A DNA stretch of 18,713 bases from a bacterium (GCA_043800755.1 JAZDMQ010000079.1:1-18713), one strand, 5' to 3'; positions 7,772 through 17,678 are shown, counted from the stretch's first letter. The notes: generated by a model from the sequence alone, not told the origin. A program made the numbers and translations.

Positions 7772-9259
7772 ATGTACTATCCTGATTTTGCGGGCTTTCA
7801 AAGGAAATCCAAAGAGGGAAACCTCATCCCAGTATACAAAGAAGTCCTGGCCGATCTGGAGACCCCTCTGTCGGCCTTTCGCAAGATCGACAGTGGCAAC
7901 TATGCCTTCCTCTTAGAGAGCGTTGAGGGAGGAGAGAAATGGGCGAGGTATAGTTTCCTGGGGAGCAATCCTTCTTTGGTCTTCAAGAGCAAAGGTCAAT
8001 CTGCGGAGATCATCGATCAGGGTGGGGCGCGACGGTTGACCGTAGAAACCGATCCCCTCGACCTCTTGCAGTCCTTGTTAGAGAAATACCGTCCGGTGAA
8101 AGTGGAGGGCCTCCCTCGCTTCTATGGAGGGTTGGTCGGTTATATGGGATATGATCTGATCCGCTTCATAGAGCGCCTGCCCTGTGCGGCTTCCGATGAT
8201 CTGCAGGTGCCAGACTGCCTCTTTCTGCTCACGGATACGCTCCTCATCTTCGACAACCTGACGCACAAGATCAAAATCGTTTCCAATGTCCACCTGGACG
8301 ATCGCAATCGCTCTCAGCTCCAGTCCGCCTATCAAGAGGCTCTCCGCAAGATCGATGCCCTGGGCTCCTCCCTTCGCCGTCCTCTGGGCGCCCCTCTTTC
8401 TCCTCAATTAGGGGACCCTCGGGAGGAGATCTCCTCGAATCTTTCCCGGCGGGAATTTGAAGGGGCAGTGGAGGAGGCTAAACGATACATCAAAGCGGGC
8501 GATTGCATCCAGGTAGTCCTTTCGCAGCGATTTCGGACGCGCCTCACCGCAGATCCATTAGATGTCTATCGGGCCCTGCGGGTGGTGAATCCTTCCCCCT
8601 ATATGTATTATCTGCGATTGGGAGAGGTGAAGATTGTGGGGAGCTCGCCTGAGGTGATGGTGAGACTGGAAGACGGGCAAATTGATGTTCGCCCCATTGC
8701 GGGCACGAGGCCGCGGGGGAAGAGTGAAGAGGAAGAGGAGAGGATCGCCGCGGAGCTCCTGACAGATCCCAAAGAGCAGGCAGAGCATATCATGTTGGTC
8801 GATCTCGCGAGAAACGATGTGGGAAGGGTTTCACAGATTGGAACCGTAAAGGTCAACGAGCTCATGGCGATAGAGAAATACTCCCATGTGATGCACATCG
8901 TATCCAATGTCCAGGGTCACATCCAGGAGGGGAAAAGTGCCTTCGATGTCATTCGGGCCTGTTTTCCCGCCGGAACCGTATCGGGGGCTCCCAAGATCAG
9001 GGCCATGGAGATCATCGAGGAATTGGAGAGAGTGCGCAGGGGTATCTATGCGGGCGCCATCGGCTATTTCAGTTTCTCGGGAAACATGGATACCTGTATC
9101 ACCATTCGCACCATCATCATCTTGGACGGAAATGCCTATACTCAGGTGGGGGCAGGGATCGTTGCGGACTCGCAACCGGAAAAGGAATATCAGGAGACCC
9201 TCAATAAGGCGAAGGCGATGATCTTGGCCTTGAAGATGGCGGAAGAAGGCCTGGAATAA
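7772..9259 (+). CDS. trpE: Anthranilate synthase component I
   Basis: FLLESVEGGEKWARYSF, NPSPYM, GSSPE, RPIAGTRPRG, EHIMLVDLARND, FPAGTVSGAPK.RAM and GAGIVADS. First gene of the trp cluster. Confidence 0.96.
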   Translation: MYYPDFAGFQRKSKEGNLIPVYKEVLADLETPLSAFRKIDSGNYAFLLESVEGGEKWARYSFLGSNPSLVFKSKGQSAEIIDQGGARRLTVETDPLDLLQSLLEKYRPVKVEGLPRFYGGLVGYMGYDLIRFIERLPCAASDDLQVPDCLFLLTDTLLIFDNLTHKIKIVSNVHLDDRNRSQLQSAYQEALRKIDALGSSLRRPLGAPLSPQLGDPREEISSNLSRREFEGAVEEAKRYIKAGDCIQVVLSQRFRTRLTADPLDVYRALRVVNPSPYMYYLRLGEVKIVGSSPEVMVRLEDGQIDVRPIAGTRPRGKSEEEEERIAAELLTDPKEQAEHIMLVDLARNDVGRVSQIGTVKVNELMAIEKYSHVMHIVSNVQGHIQEGKSAFDVIRACFPAGTVSGAPKIRAMEIIEELERVRRGIYAGAIGYFSFSGNMDTCITIRTIIILDGNAYTQVGAGIVADSQPEKEYQETLNKAKAMILALKMAEEGLE

Positions 9260-9278
9260 CAAAGATCGGGAGAAGAAA

Positions 9279-9848
9279 ATGATTGTATTGATAGATAATT
9301 ATGATTCTTTTACTTATAATTTACTTCAATATTTGGGCGAGCTGGGAGAGGAGGTAAGGGTCTTCCGGAACGATCAGGTCCGGGTTTCCGAGGTGGCGGC
9401 GATGGAGCCCTCTCACCTGGTAATCTCCCCCGGACCTAAGACCCCCAGGGAGGCGGGGATCTGCTGCGACCTGATCCTCACCCTCGCTCCGAGATTGCCG
9501 ATCTTGGGGGTCTGTCTGGGGCACCAATGCATTGGGGCGGCATTTGGCGCAAGAATTGGACCGGCTAAACGACTCATGCACGGCAAGACCTCCTCGATCC
9601 ATCATGATGGCAAGACCCTCTTTTTCCAATTACCTAACCCTATGGAGGCAACTCGGTATCACTCGCTGATTGTTGAGGAGGAGGGCCTTCCGCCTTCCCT
9701 CGAGATCTCGGCGTGGTCCGAGGAAAAGGAGATCATGGGCATCCGTCATAGGGAATACCCGACCGAGGGGGTCCAATTTCATCCGGAATCCATCCTGACC
9801 CAGGAAGGAAAGGCGTTGCTGCGGAACTTCTTAGCCTTGAAAAGATAA
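9279..9848 (+). CDS. trpG: Anthranilate synthase component II (glutamine amidotransferase, TrpG/PabA family)
   Basis: IDNYDSFTYNL, ISPGP, GVCLGHQ, RYHSL and GVQFHPES. Confidence 0.95.
   Translation: MIVLIDNYDSFTYNLLQYLGELGEEVRVFRNDQVRVSEVAAMEPSHLVISPGPKTPREAGICCDLILTLAPRLPILGVCLGHQCIGAAFGARIGPAKRLMHGKTSSIHHDGKTLFFQLPNPMEATRYHSLIVEEEGLPPSLEISAWSEEKEIMGIRHREYPTEGVQFHPESILTQEGKALLRNFLALKR
9292..9320 (+). promoter_or_regulatory. Candidate internal sigma70 promoter inside trpG
   Basis: TAGATA 9292-9297, a 17-nt spacer, perfect TATAAT 9315-9320, within a strongly AT-rich patch. Confidence 0.4.
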
Positions 9849-9880
9849 AGCGTATAGAGAAGAGACGGAGGGGAAACGAA

Positions 9881-10891
9881 ATGATGGTGGAGGCGATCGG
9901 CAGAGTGGTAGAAGGCAAGAGTCTCACTGAGGAAGAGGCATCTGCTGCGATGGAAGAGATCATGCGGGGAGAGGCCACCCCTGCCCAAATTGCGGCCTTC
10001 ATCACAGCCCTGCGGATGAAAGGCGAGACAATAGAAGAGATCACCGGGTGCGCTAAGGCAATGCGCCAGCATGCCACCTCTATTGCCACGGTCAACCCCG
10101 CTACGGTAGACACCTGCGGCACCGGAGGCGATGGGGGAAAGACCTTCAATATCTCGACGACTGCCGCCTTCGTCGTTGCGGGAGCGGGGGTCCCGGTTGC
10201 CAAGCACGGAAACCGATCCGTCTCCAGTCGGTGTGGAAGCGCTGACCTCCTGAGGGCCCTGGGCATTGAAATAGAGATCGAAAAGGAAAAGGTGGAGGAG
10301 TGTCTGCGGGAGGTGGGAATCGGCTTCCTCTTTGCACCCCTCCTGCACCGGGCGATGAAATATGCCCTTGGCCCCCGGCGTGAGATCGGGATTCGAACGA
10401 TCTTCAACATCCTGGGTCCGCTCTCCAATCCGGCCCAGGTCAAGGCACAAATCTTAGGGGTCTTTGCTGCAAACCTCACCGAGAAGCTGGCACATGTTTT
10501 AGGTAAGATGGGATCCCATCATGCCTTGGTGGTACATGGAATGGATGGACTGGACGAGATCACCACCACCGCCCCCACCCAGATATCGGAATGGAAAGAT
10601 GGGGAGGTTCGCACCTTTCTCTGGGAACCCGAGGAGGTGGGCATCCAAAGGGCGAATCCCCAAGACCTGGCCGGGGGAGGACCGGAGGAGAATGCCCAGA
10701 TCACCCTACAGATCCTCAAAGGCGAGAAGGGCCCGCGCAGGGACATCGTCCTACTCAACGCCGCCGCCGGCCTCATCGTAGGAGGAAGGGCGAGGAATTT
10801 CGAGGAAGGGATGAAGATCGCGGCAGATTCGATTGATTCGCATCTGGCATTGGCCAAACTGGAGGCGCTGAAGGATGCGAGTCGGGGATAG
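9881..10891 (+). CDS. trpD: Anthranilate phosphoribosyltransferase
   Basis: DTCGTGGDG..TFNIST, VAKHGNRSVSSRCGSAD, RTIFNILGPL.NP and DGLDE. SD GGAGGGG upstream. Confidence 0.97.
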   Translation: MMVEAIGRVVEGKSLTEEEASAAMEEIMRGEATPAQIAAFITALRMKGETIEEITGCAKAMRQHATSIATVNPATVDTCGTGGDGGKTFNISTTAAFVVAGAGVPVAKHGNRSVSSRCGSADLLRALGIEIEIEKEKVEECLREVGIGFLFAPLLHRAMKYALGPRREIGIRTIFNILGPLSNPAQVKAQILGVFAANLTEKLAHVLGKMGSHHALVVHGMDGLDEITTTAPTQISEWKDGEVRTFLWEPEEVGIQRANPQDLAGGGPEENAQITLQILKGEKGPRRDIVLLNAAAGLIVGGRARNFEEGMKIAADSIDSHLALAKLEALKDASRG

Positions 10892-11708
10892 CTCAAGGGG
10901 TTCTATATTGGAGCGCATTCTGCACCAGAAGAGGGAGGAGGTGGCCGCCAGGAAGACCCGAGTCCCCTTAGAGGATCTGAAGAACCAGACTCAAGATCTT
11001 CCTCCAGCCCGGGGCTTCCTGAAGGCCATTTCTCGAGAGATGAAGAGCAAGGGGGGAGGTCGAATCTCCCCCATCCGCCTGATTGCTGAGATCAAGAGGG
11101 CCTCCCCCTCCAGGGGACTCTTGCGGGGGGATTTCAATCCTCAGGCCATTGCCCAAGGATATGAGCAGGCCGGGGCATCGGCCTTGTCCATCCTCACGGA
11201 TTCCCTCTTCTTTCAAGGTTCCCTGGAATACTTGAGGGGAGCGAGGGGTTGGATGGAGCTCCCCCTTCTGCAGAAGGATTTCATTTTGGAGGCCTATCAG
11301 GTTTGGGAGGGCAGGGTCTGGGGTGCGGACGCCGTCCTTTTGGTCGCTGCCTTGATCGATCAGGGTACCCTGGAAGGCCTATCTCATCTCGCCTGCGAGA
11401 TCGGGGTGGAGCCTCTGATTGAAGTACACGATCGGTCGGACTTGGAGAAGGCCTTAAGGGCTGGCGCACGGGTCATCGGGATTAATAATCGAGATCTGGC
11501 GACGTTCCGGGTGGATCTGAACACCACCCTGAATCTCATCGCGGAAATCCCTCCGCAGAGGGTGGTGGTGAGCGAGAGCGGAATATCTACACGGGAGGAG
11601 GTGGTCAGGTTGGAGGAGGCGGGCCTCGACGCAATCTTAGTGGGCGAGGCCTTAATGAGAGACAGGGATCCAGGCAGGAAAGCGAGGGAACTCCTGGGGC
11701 AGGCTTGA
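10875..11708 (+). CDS. trpC: Indole-3-glycerol-phosphate synthase
   Basis: IAEIKRASPSRG, SILTD..FFQGS, KDFI, GADAVLL, LIEVH, IGINNRDL.TF, VSESGI and LVGEALM. Overlaps the trpD end by 17 nt; the exact start is uncertain. Confidence 0.96.
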   Translation: MRVGDSSRGSILERILHQKREEVAARKTRVPLEDLKNQTQDLPPARGFLKAISREMKSKGGGRISPIRLIAEIKRASPSRGLLRGDFNPQAIAQGYEQAGASALSILTDSLFFQGSLEYLRGARGWMELPLLQKDFILEAYQVWEGRVWGADAVLLVAALIDQGTLEGLSHLACEIGVEPLIEVHDRSDLEKALRAGARVIGINNRDLATFRVDLNTTLNLIAEIPPQRVVVSESGISTREEVVRLEEAGLDAILVGEALMRDRDPGRKARELLGQA

Positions 11709-11759
11709 TCTGCCCTGGAGAGCCCGCTTTGAGATCACTTCAAGAAAAGGAGGAAAGCG

Positions 11760-13124
11760 ATGGATTTCACGAAGATCGTGTTGGACGAAAAGGAGATGCC
11801 TACCCAATGGTATAACATCCAGGCAGATCTTCCCTCCCCTCTGCCGCCTGTGCTTCATCCGGGGACGAAACGACCGATTGGTCCGCAGGATTTGGCACCC
11901 CTCTTCCCCATGGAATTGATCAAGCAAGAGGTGAGCCAAGAGCGGTATATCGAGATCCCGGAGGAGGTACAGAGGATATATCAGCTCTGGAGGCCGTCTC
12001 CGCTCTACCGGGCGAGGAGACTGGAGAAGATGCTGGATACGCCCGCCAAGATCTACTACAAGTGGGAGGGTGTCAGCCCAGCCGGATCCCACAAGCCCAA
12101 CACTTCCGTGCCCCAAGCCTACTATAACAAAAGGGAAGGGGTAAAGATGATCACCACGGAGACGGGCGCCGGGCAATGGGGAAGCGCCTTGGCCATGGGC
12201 TGCATGTTTTTTGGCATGGAGTGCAAGGTCTACATGGTGAAGGTGAGCTACTATCAAAAGCCGTATCGCAAGATCATGATGGAGACCTGGGGGGCCAAGG
12301 TGACCCCGAGCCCCAGTTCGGAGACTAAGGCAGGACGAGACATGCTGGCCAAGGATCCAGACTCGCCGGGCAGCCTGGGATTGGCAATCAGCGAGGCGGT
12401 TGAGGTGGCAGCCTCTCGCGAAGATACCAAATACTCCTTGGGGAGCGTGTTGAATCACGTCCTCCTCCACCAGACCGTTATTGGCGAGGAGACCAAGAAG
12501 CAATTCGAGAAGGCCGGAGAGTATCCCGACATCCTGGTGGGATGCGTTGGCGGAGGGTCCAGTTTGGCCGGTTTCACCTTCCCCTTCATCAAGGATAAGC
12601 TGACGGGGAATAAGCGCAATCTGCGGGTAATCGCCGTTGAGCCCTTGGCCTGCCCCAGTCTGACCAAGGGACTTTATGTTTATGACTATGGTGACACCGC
12701 GGGCATGGCGCCCATAGTTAAGATGTATACTCTCGGCCATAGCTTCATCCCCGCCCCGATTCACGCGGGAGGACTCCGGTATCATGGTATGGCACCCTTG
12801 GTTAGCTTTCTCTATGACCTGAAGGTGATCGAATGTCAGGCAGTCCATCAACTTCCGGTCTTCGACGCTGCAGTCCAGTTCTCCAAGGCGGAAGGCATCA
12901 TTCCCGCACCCGAGGCTGCCCATGCGATCCGGGTAGTCATGGATGAGGCCCTCAAGTGCAAGGAGTCCGGGGAGAAAAAGGTGATCGCCTTCAACCTGAC
13001 CGGGCATGGACATTTCGATCTGAAGTCTTACGAGGACTACTTTGCGGGGAAACTGCAAGACTATGAGTACCCGCAGGAGAGGATCGCCGAATCGTTGAAG
13101 GACCTCCCCAAAATACCAAGTTAG
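11760..13124 (+). CDS. trpB2: TrpB2 (TrpB-like PLP-dependent tryptophan synthase beta chain 2)
   Basis: [13 protein letters not shown]-terminus, SPAGSHKPN (PLP lysine), [39 protein letters not shown] and GHGHFD, all diagnostic of TrpB2. SD AAGGAGG 11747-11753. Confidence 0.94.
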   Translation: MDFTKIVLDEKEMPTQWYNIQADLPSPLPPVLHPGTKRPIGPQDLAPLFPMELIKQEVSQERYIEIPEEVQRIYQLWRPSPLYRARRLEKMLDTPAKIYYKWEGVSPAGSHKPNTSVPQAYYNKREGVKMITTETGAGQWGSALAMGCMFFGMECKVYMVKVSYYQKPYRKIMMETWGAKVTPSPSSETKAGRDMLAKDPDSPGSLGLAISEAVEVAASREDTKYSLGSVLNHVLLHQTVIGEETKKQFEKAGEYPDILVGCVGGGSSLAGFTFPFIKDKLTGNKRNLRVIAVEPLACPSLTKGLYVYDYGDTAGMAPIVKMYTLGHSFIPAPIHAGGLRYHGMAPLVSFLYDLKVIECQAVHQLPVFDAAVQFSKAEGIIPAPEAAHAIRVVMDEALKCKESGEKKVIAFNLTGHGHFDLKSYEDYFAGKLQDYEYPQERIAESLKDLPKIPS

Positions 13125-13157
13125 CCATCTCCTGGGGGAGAGGTTGCTGGCATCGAC

Positions 13158-13778
13158 ATGACCAAGGTCAAGGTCTGCGGTCTTACCAACTTGGCAGATG
13201 CCCTCATCGCGGCAGAAGCAGGGGCAGATGCCCTGGGTTTCGTCTTCGTTCCGGGGTCACCTCGTTATATCGATCCTTCCGAGGCAGAAGAAATCCAGAG
13301 GCATTTGCCCCCCTTCCTGTCCCTGGTGGGTGTATTCGCGGATGCCCCTTTGAAGGAGGTCAGGTTGGTGGCAGAAGCCTGCCGCCTGAGTCTTGTCCAG
13401 CTGCACGGGGAGGAATCGCCGGTTTATTGCCTTTCCCTGAAGCAGAGGGTGATCAAAGCCTTCCGGGTGAAGGACTCGACCAGCCTGAAAGGACTGGGTC
13501 AGTATCGAGTCGAGGCGTTTCTCTTGGACTCCCACCGGCCAGGGCTTTTGGGCGGCACCGGGCGGACCTTCGACTGGGCGCTGGCAGGGGAGGCCAAGAG
13601 ATATGGAAGGCTCATCCTCTCGGGAGGTCTCACCCCAGAGAATGTGGGGCAGTCGGTTCGTGTGGTGAGGCCCTACGCCGTCGACGTGGGTAGCGGAGTG
13701 GAAGAGTGTCCGGGCAAAAAGGATGAAAGAAAGGTGAGGAGATTTCTTGAAGAAGTGGCAAGGGCAGAGATCGATTGA
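13158..13778 (+). CDS. trpF: Phosphoribosylanthranilate isomerase
   Basis: [17 protein letters not shown]...[29 protein letters not shown] and VDV.SGVE..PGKKD. Confidence 0.96.
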   Translation: MTKVKVCGLTNLADALIAAEAGADALGFVFVPGSPRYIDPSEAEEIQRHLPPFLSLVGVFADAPLKEVRLVAEACRLSLVQLHGEESPVYCLSLKQRVIKAFRVKDSTSLKGLGQYRVEAFLLDSHRPGLLGGTGRTFDWALAGEAKRYGRLILSGGLTPENVGQSVRVVRPYAVDVGSGVEECPGKKDERKVRRFLEEVARAEID

Positions 13779-14988
13779 TTTTTCTTCTTTCCCGGATGAA
13801 GCGGGCCATTTCGGCATCTATGGAGGCAAGTTCGTCCCCGAGACCCTCATGGGAGAGTTGGAGCAACTGGAGAGGGAGTATCTCCGGGCAAAGAGGGATA
13901 GGGCATTTCAAAGGGAACTCCGGGACTACCTCCAGACCTATGCTGGAAGGCCAACCCCCCTCTATTACGCCCGGAGGCTCAGCGAGCGTCTGGGCGGGGC
14001 GAAGATCTTCCTGAAGAGAGAGGACCTTTGCCATACCGGTGCCCACAAGATCAATAATACCCTGGGGCAGGTCCTTTTGGCTCGTCGGATGGGAAAGAGT
14101 CGGATTATTGCGGAAACGGGAGCGGGGCAGCATGGGGTGGCTACTGCGGCGGTGGCTGCCCTATTTGGCCTGGAATGTGAGATCTTCATGGGATCGGAAG
14201 ACATGAAGCGCCAGGCGCTCAATGTTTTTCGAATGGGGCTATTAGGGGCGAAGGTCACCCCGGTGGATGCCGGATCTCAGACCCTGAAGGATGCGATCAA
14301 CCAGGCCATTCGTGATTGGGTCAGCCAGGTGAGAACGACCTATTATGTCTTCGGATCGGTTCTCGGACCCCATCCCTATCCCATGATGGTGAGGGATTTT
14401 CAATCGGTCATCGGAAAGGAGTCCAGGAGGCAGATCCTGAAGACGGCAGGCAGATTACCGGATTGCCTCTTGGCCTGCGTGGGGGGAGGGAGTAACGCCA
14501 TGGGGCTTTTTTACGAGTTCCTTTCAGATGAAAGAGTAGCGATGATTGGGGTTGAAGCAGGGGGGAAGGGGCTTCGCCCCGGGGAACATGCAGCGCGCTT
14601 CTCAGGTGGCAGCTTGGGGGTTCTGCATGGTACCAAGACCTTCCTCCTCCAGGATGCTGATGGACAGATCGAGCCTACTCACTCCATCTCCGCAGGGCTT
14701 GACTATCCTGCAGTAGGGCCGGAACATAGCATGCTGCGCGAGCTTGGAAGGGTGAGCTATGTCTCTTGTTCTGATCAGGAGGCTTTGGAAGCCTTCGAGA
14801 CATTGAGTCGATTTGAAGGAATCATTCCGGCCCTGGAGAGCGCACATGCTGTGGCTCAGGGGATTAAGTTGGCTCCTCAAATGGGGAAACAAGGGATTAT
14901 CGTCATCAACCTCTCGGGAAGGGGCGATAAGGATGTCGAGGTCGGGTTGAGGCATTTAAGGGGAAAGAGCCATGAATCTGATCGATGA
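13747..14988 (+). CDS. trpB: Tryptophan synthase beta chain (TrpB1)
   Basis: [28 protein letters not shown] (PLP lysine), [33 protein letters not shown] and [12 protein letters not shown] start preceded by GAGGAG. Confidence 0.97.
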   Translation: MKKWQGQRSIDFSSFPDEAGHFGIYGGKFVPETLMGELEQLEREYLRAKRDRAFQRELRDYLQTYAGRPTPLYYARRLSERLGGAKIFLKREDLCHTGAHKINNTLGQVLLARRMGKSRIIAETGAGQHGVATAAVAALFGLECEIFMGSEDMKRQALNVFRMGLLGAKVTPVDAGSQTLKDAINQAIRDWVSQVRTTYYVFGSVLGPHPYPMMVRDFQSVIGKESRRQILKTAGRLPDCLLACVGGGSNAMGLFYEFLSDERVAMIGVEAGGKGLRPGEHAARFSGGSLGVLHGTKTFLLQDADGQIEPTHSISAGLDYPAVGPEHSMLRELGRVSYVSCSDQEALEAFETLSRFEGIIPALESAHAVAQGIKLAPQMGKQGIIVINLSGRGDKDVEVGLRHLRGKSHESDR

Positions 14989-15766
14989 GACCTTCCTGCG
15001 TGTGCGCAGGGAAGGAAAGAAGGCCCTCATTCCTTTCCTCACCGCTGGATTTCCAAACCTTAGATTGAGCCTCCAGCTTTCCTTGGAATTGGCCAGGAGG
15101 GGCGCGGATATTCTGGAAATTGGAGTTCCCTTCTCTGACCCGATAGCGGATGGCCCCATCATCCAATCTTCCTCCCAAACCGCCCTGGCCTCCGGCGCCA
15201 ACCTGAGAGGGACCCTGAAGCTGATCGAAGGCATCAAGGCCCAATCTTGCACCCCAGTGGTGCTCATGTCCTACTACAATCCACTCTTCCGTTGGGGAAT
15301 TGAAGATCTGATGAAAGCCGCCAAAAAGGCGGGTGTGGATGGACTTATCGTGCCCGACCTTCCCCCGGAAGAGGCAGGGGAGGTATTGAAAGCAAGTGAG
15401 AGGTTTGACCTTGATCCTATCTTTTTTCTCGCTCCCACCTCCGACGAGAAAAGAATTCGCTTGATTTCAAAGGTGGGCAAAGGTTATATATATTATGTTT
15501 CGGTGACTGGCACCACCGGGACAAGAAGATCATTGGCCCCGGACCTCAAATCGGCCATCTTCCGCATCCGGGGACAGACTGAGATGCCCATCGCCGTCGG
15601 ATTTGGAATCTCTACTCCATTGCAAGCGCAGAAAGTGAGCGACTTGGCCGACGGAGTCATCATCGGATCGGCTCTCATCGCACATATCAAAAAGAACTTG
15701 GGCCGACCTAACCTGCTGCAAGAGGCCGGTGATTTTCTCGACAGATTCAGGCGAGCCCTTCCTTAA
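14972..15766 (+). CDS. trpA: Tryptophan synthase alpha chain
   Basis: [52 protein letters not shown] and ADGVIIGSA. Overlaps trpB by 17 nt. Confidence 0.97.
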   Translation: MNLIDETFLRVRREGKKALIPFLTAGFPNLRLSLQLSLELARRGADILEIGVPFSDPIADGPIIQSSSQTALASGANLRGTLKLIEGIKAQSCTPVVLMSYYNPLFRWGIEDLMKAAKKAGVDGLIVPDLPPEEAGEVLKASERFDLDPIFFLAPTSDEKRIRLISKVGKGYIYYVSVTGTTGTRRSLAPDLKSAIFRIRGQTEMPIAVGFGISTPLQAQKVSDLADGVIIGSALIAHIKKNLGRPNLLQEAGDFLDRFRRALP

Positions 15767-15950
15767 TCAATGGCACGGAACCGGTGCTTTCAAGTAGGGT
15801 GGAGATGGGCGAGGCCTATTCCCAATTTGCTTTTGCTTGCTCCGTGCCTTCAATAATGCCCTCGCCGTGTCTCAAGCACGACCCCCTTTCTCAATCCTTG
15901 ACGAAAAACGGCGGTGTCCGCCCCCGACTTGTTGATTCGAGGCCTGGAAG

Positions 15951-17651
15951 ATGAGGACAGACTCTGATCTCTCACAGACCAAGATAGCCAGCTATGAGCA
16001 GCAGATCTTGAATCAGAAGTTCGAGTTGGCTCGACTGAAGAAGCAACTGAATATCCAGGAACTAAAGCTCACCCTCTTACACGAGATCTGCAGGGTCTCC
16101 ACCGATACCTTCGAGGTTGACTGCCTCCTTGACTCCTATATGGAGATGATTATGAAGGCCATCAGGGTAGCAACCGGCTCGCTCCTCTTGATCGATCAGA
16201 AGACGGGGAACTTCTCTTTCAAGGTGACCAAGGGAGAGCACGCGAAGGCCCTCAAATCGGAGGGCGCTTCTCCCAGCAGGGGAATTGCTTCTGTGGTGGC
16301 CCAGGGTGGCCAACCTTACTTTGCCACCGATCTCGATCTGGATCCTCAATGGAAGAAGAAAGGGACATTTCCCATTAAATCGATCCTCTGCGTGCCCTTG
16401 AAGGTTGCAGAGAGAACCGTGGGTGTCATTGAGCTGATCAACAAGTTGGGAGATGAGCCATTCAGTAAAGAGGACTTGGATCTCCTTGCCTCCATCGGAA
16501 GCCAGATGGCGGTGATTTTGGAAAATGCCCGGCTCTTCAGGGAGATGGAAAAGAGGGTTAATCAGGTCTACAACTTGATGGAGCTTTCTACCATTCTCAA
16601 TTCGACCCTCCAGCAAAAGCAGGTTCTGCAACGGGCTATGGAGGCTGCGACTCGCCTAATGGGAACGGAAGTGGGTTCTTTGCTCGTGCTCGACCAGGAG
16701 ACTCAGGAGTTGGTATTCGAGGTTGCGCTGGGCGAAAAGGGCAAGAAGGTCAAGGAAATCCGACTCAAGTTAGGAGAAGGGATCGCTGGATGGGTTGCCC
16801 AGAGCGGCGAACCTTTGCTGGTGCCTGATGTCCGCAAAGACCCCCGCCACTATCGGAAAGCGGATAAGGTATCTCACTTCGTCACCAAAAACATGCTCTG
16901 TGTCCCGGTAAAGGTAAAGAACCAGGTCATTGGGGTCCTGCAGGCGGTTAACAAGCTTCACGACGAACCCTTCGCCAAGGAAGACCTGGACCTTTTTGCT
17001 GCCCTAGCCAATCAGGTTGCCATTGCCATCGAGAATGCACGCCTTTATGAAGAGATGAAGGGCACATTTCTGAGCACTGCGGAGGCACTGGCGGAGGCAA
17101 TCGAAAAACGAGATCCCTACACCGGAGGCCACACCAGAAGGGTGCGGAAATACTGCCTGACCATGGCCAAGCATCTTTCCCTATCCGCCCAAGAGAAGGA
17201 GAGCCTGCGCCTGGCAGCCATTCTCCACGATATTGGGAAGATAAGCGTGCGGGACGATATCCTGAGAAAAAAGGGGAAATTGACCAACCGAGAGTTCGCT
17301 GCCATGAAAGAGCATCCCCGGGTCGGGGCCGAGATCATGGCACACATCAAGCAACTGCAGGAGGTGATTCCAGGAATCCGCCATCACCAAGAACGAAATG
17401 ACGGAATGGGCTATCCAGATGGTCTTCGAGACGGGGACATACCCTTAGTGGCCCGCATCATCGCGGTAGCCGATACCTTCGACGCCATGACCACCGACCG
17501 TCCTTATCGGAAAAAGCGGGGTGAGGAAGAGGCGGTGGACGAAATTCGCAGATGCATCGGCAGCCAATTTGACGAGGGGGCAACCAAGGCTTTCCTGAAG
17601 GCGCATGAGGCCGGAGAGATTAGGAAGATCATGGAGGAGGTCTCTGCATGA
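15951..17651 (+). CDS. Coiled-coil + tandem GAF + HD-GYP cyclic-dinucleotide phosphodiesterase
   Basis: Two GAF repeats, each ending CVP.KV....GV....NKL.DEPF.KED. These are followed by EKRDPYTGGH..RV, LHDIGK, HP..GA.I, HHQERNDGMGYPDGL and IAVADTFDAMTTDRPYRK. Confidence 0.92.
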   Translation: MRTDSDLSQTKIASYEQQILNQKFELARLKKQLNIQELKLTLLHEICRVSTDTFEVDCLLDSYMEMIMKAIRVATGSLLLIDQKTGNFSFKVTKGEHAKALKSEGASPSRGIASVVAQGGQPYFATDLDLDPQWKKKGTFPIKSILCVPLKVAERTVGVIELINKLGDEPFSKEDLDLLASIGSQMAVILENARLFREMEKRVNQVYNLMELSTILNSTLQQKQVLQRAMEAATRLMGTEVGSLLVLDQETQELVFEVALGEKGKKVKEIRLKLGEGIAGWVAQSGEPLLVPDVRKDPRHYRKADKVSHFVTKNMLCVPVKVKNQVIGVLQAVNKLHDEPFAKEDLDLFAALANQVAIAIENARLYEEMKGTFLSTAEALAEAIEKRDPYTGGHTRRVRKYCLTMAKHLSLSAQEKESLRLAAILHDIGKISVRDDILRKKGKLTNREFAAMKEHPRVGAEIMAHIKQLQEVIPGIRHHQERNDGMGYPDGLRDGDIPLVARIIAVADTFDAMTTDRPYRKKRGEEEAVDEIRRCIGSQFDEGATKAFLKAHEAGEIRKIMEEVSA

Positions 17652-17678
17652 GCATCTCGGCAGGGGGGAGGTAGGGAA

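Noticed and set aside
7686..7916. 76-aa ORF overlapping the trpE start as a possible leader
   Set aside because: Its Trp codons lie inside the trpE coding region, it has no SD, and it is too long for an attenuator peptide.
11728..11744. TTGA...TCAA dyad upstream of trpB2 as an FNR/CRP site
   Set aside because: The spacing is one base longer than the FNR consensus and the half-sites are weak.
11652..13058. 468-aa minus-strand ORF opposite trpB2
   Set aside because: It is an in-register antisense shadow of a codon-biased gene, with no recognisable motifs.
15771..15850. Sigma54-like TGGCACG at 15771 (+) and AGGCACG-N4-AAGCA (-)
   Set aside because: On the plus strand the GG-to-GC spacing is 12 rather than 10. 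The minus-strand copy lacks TTGC and points antisense into trpA.
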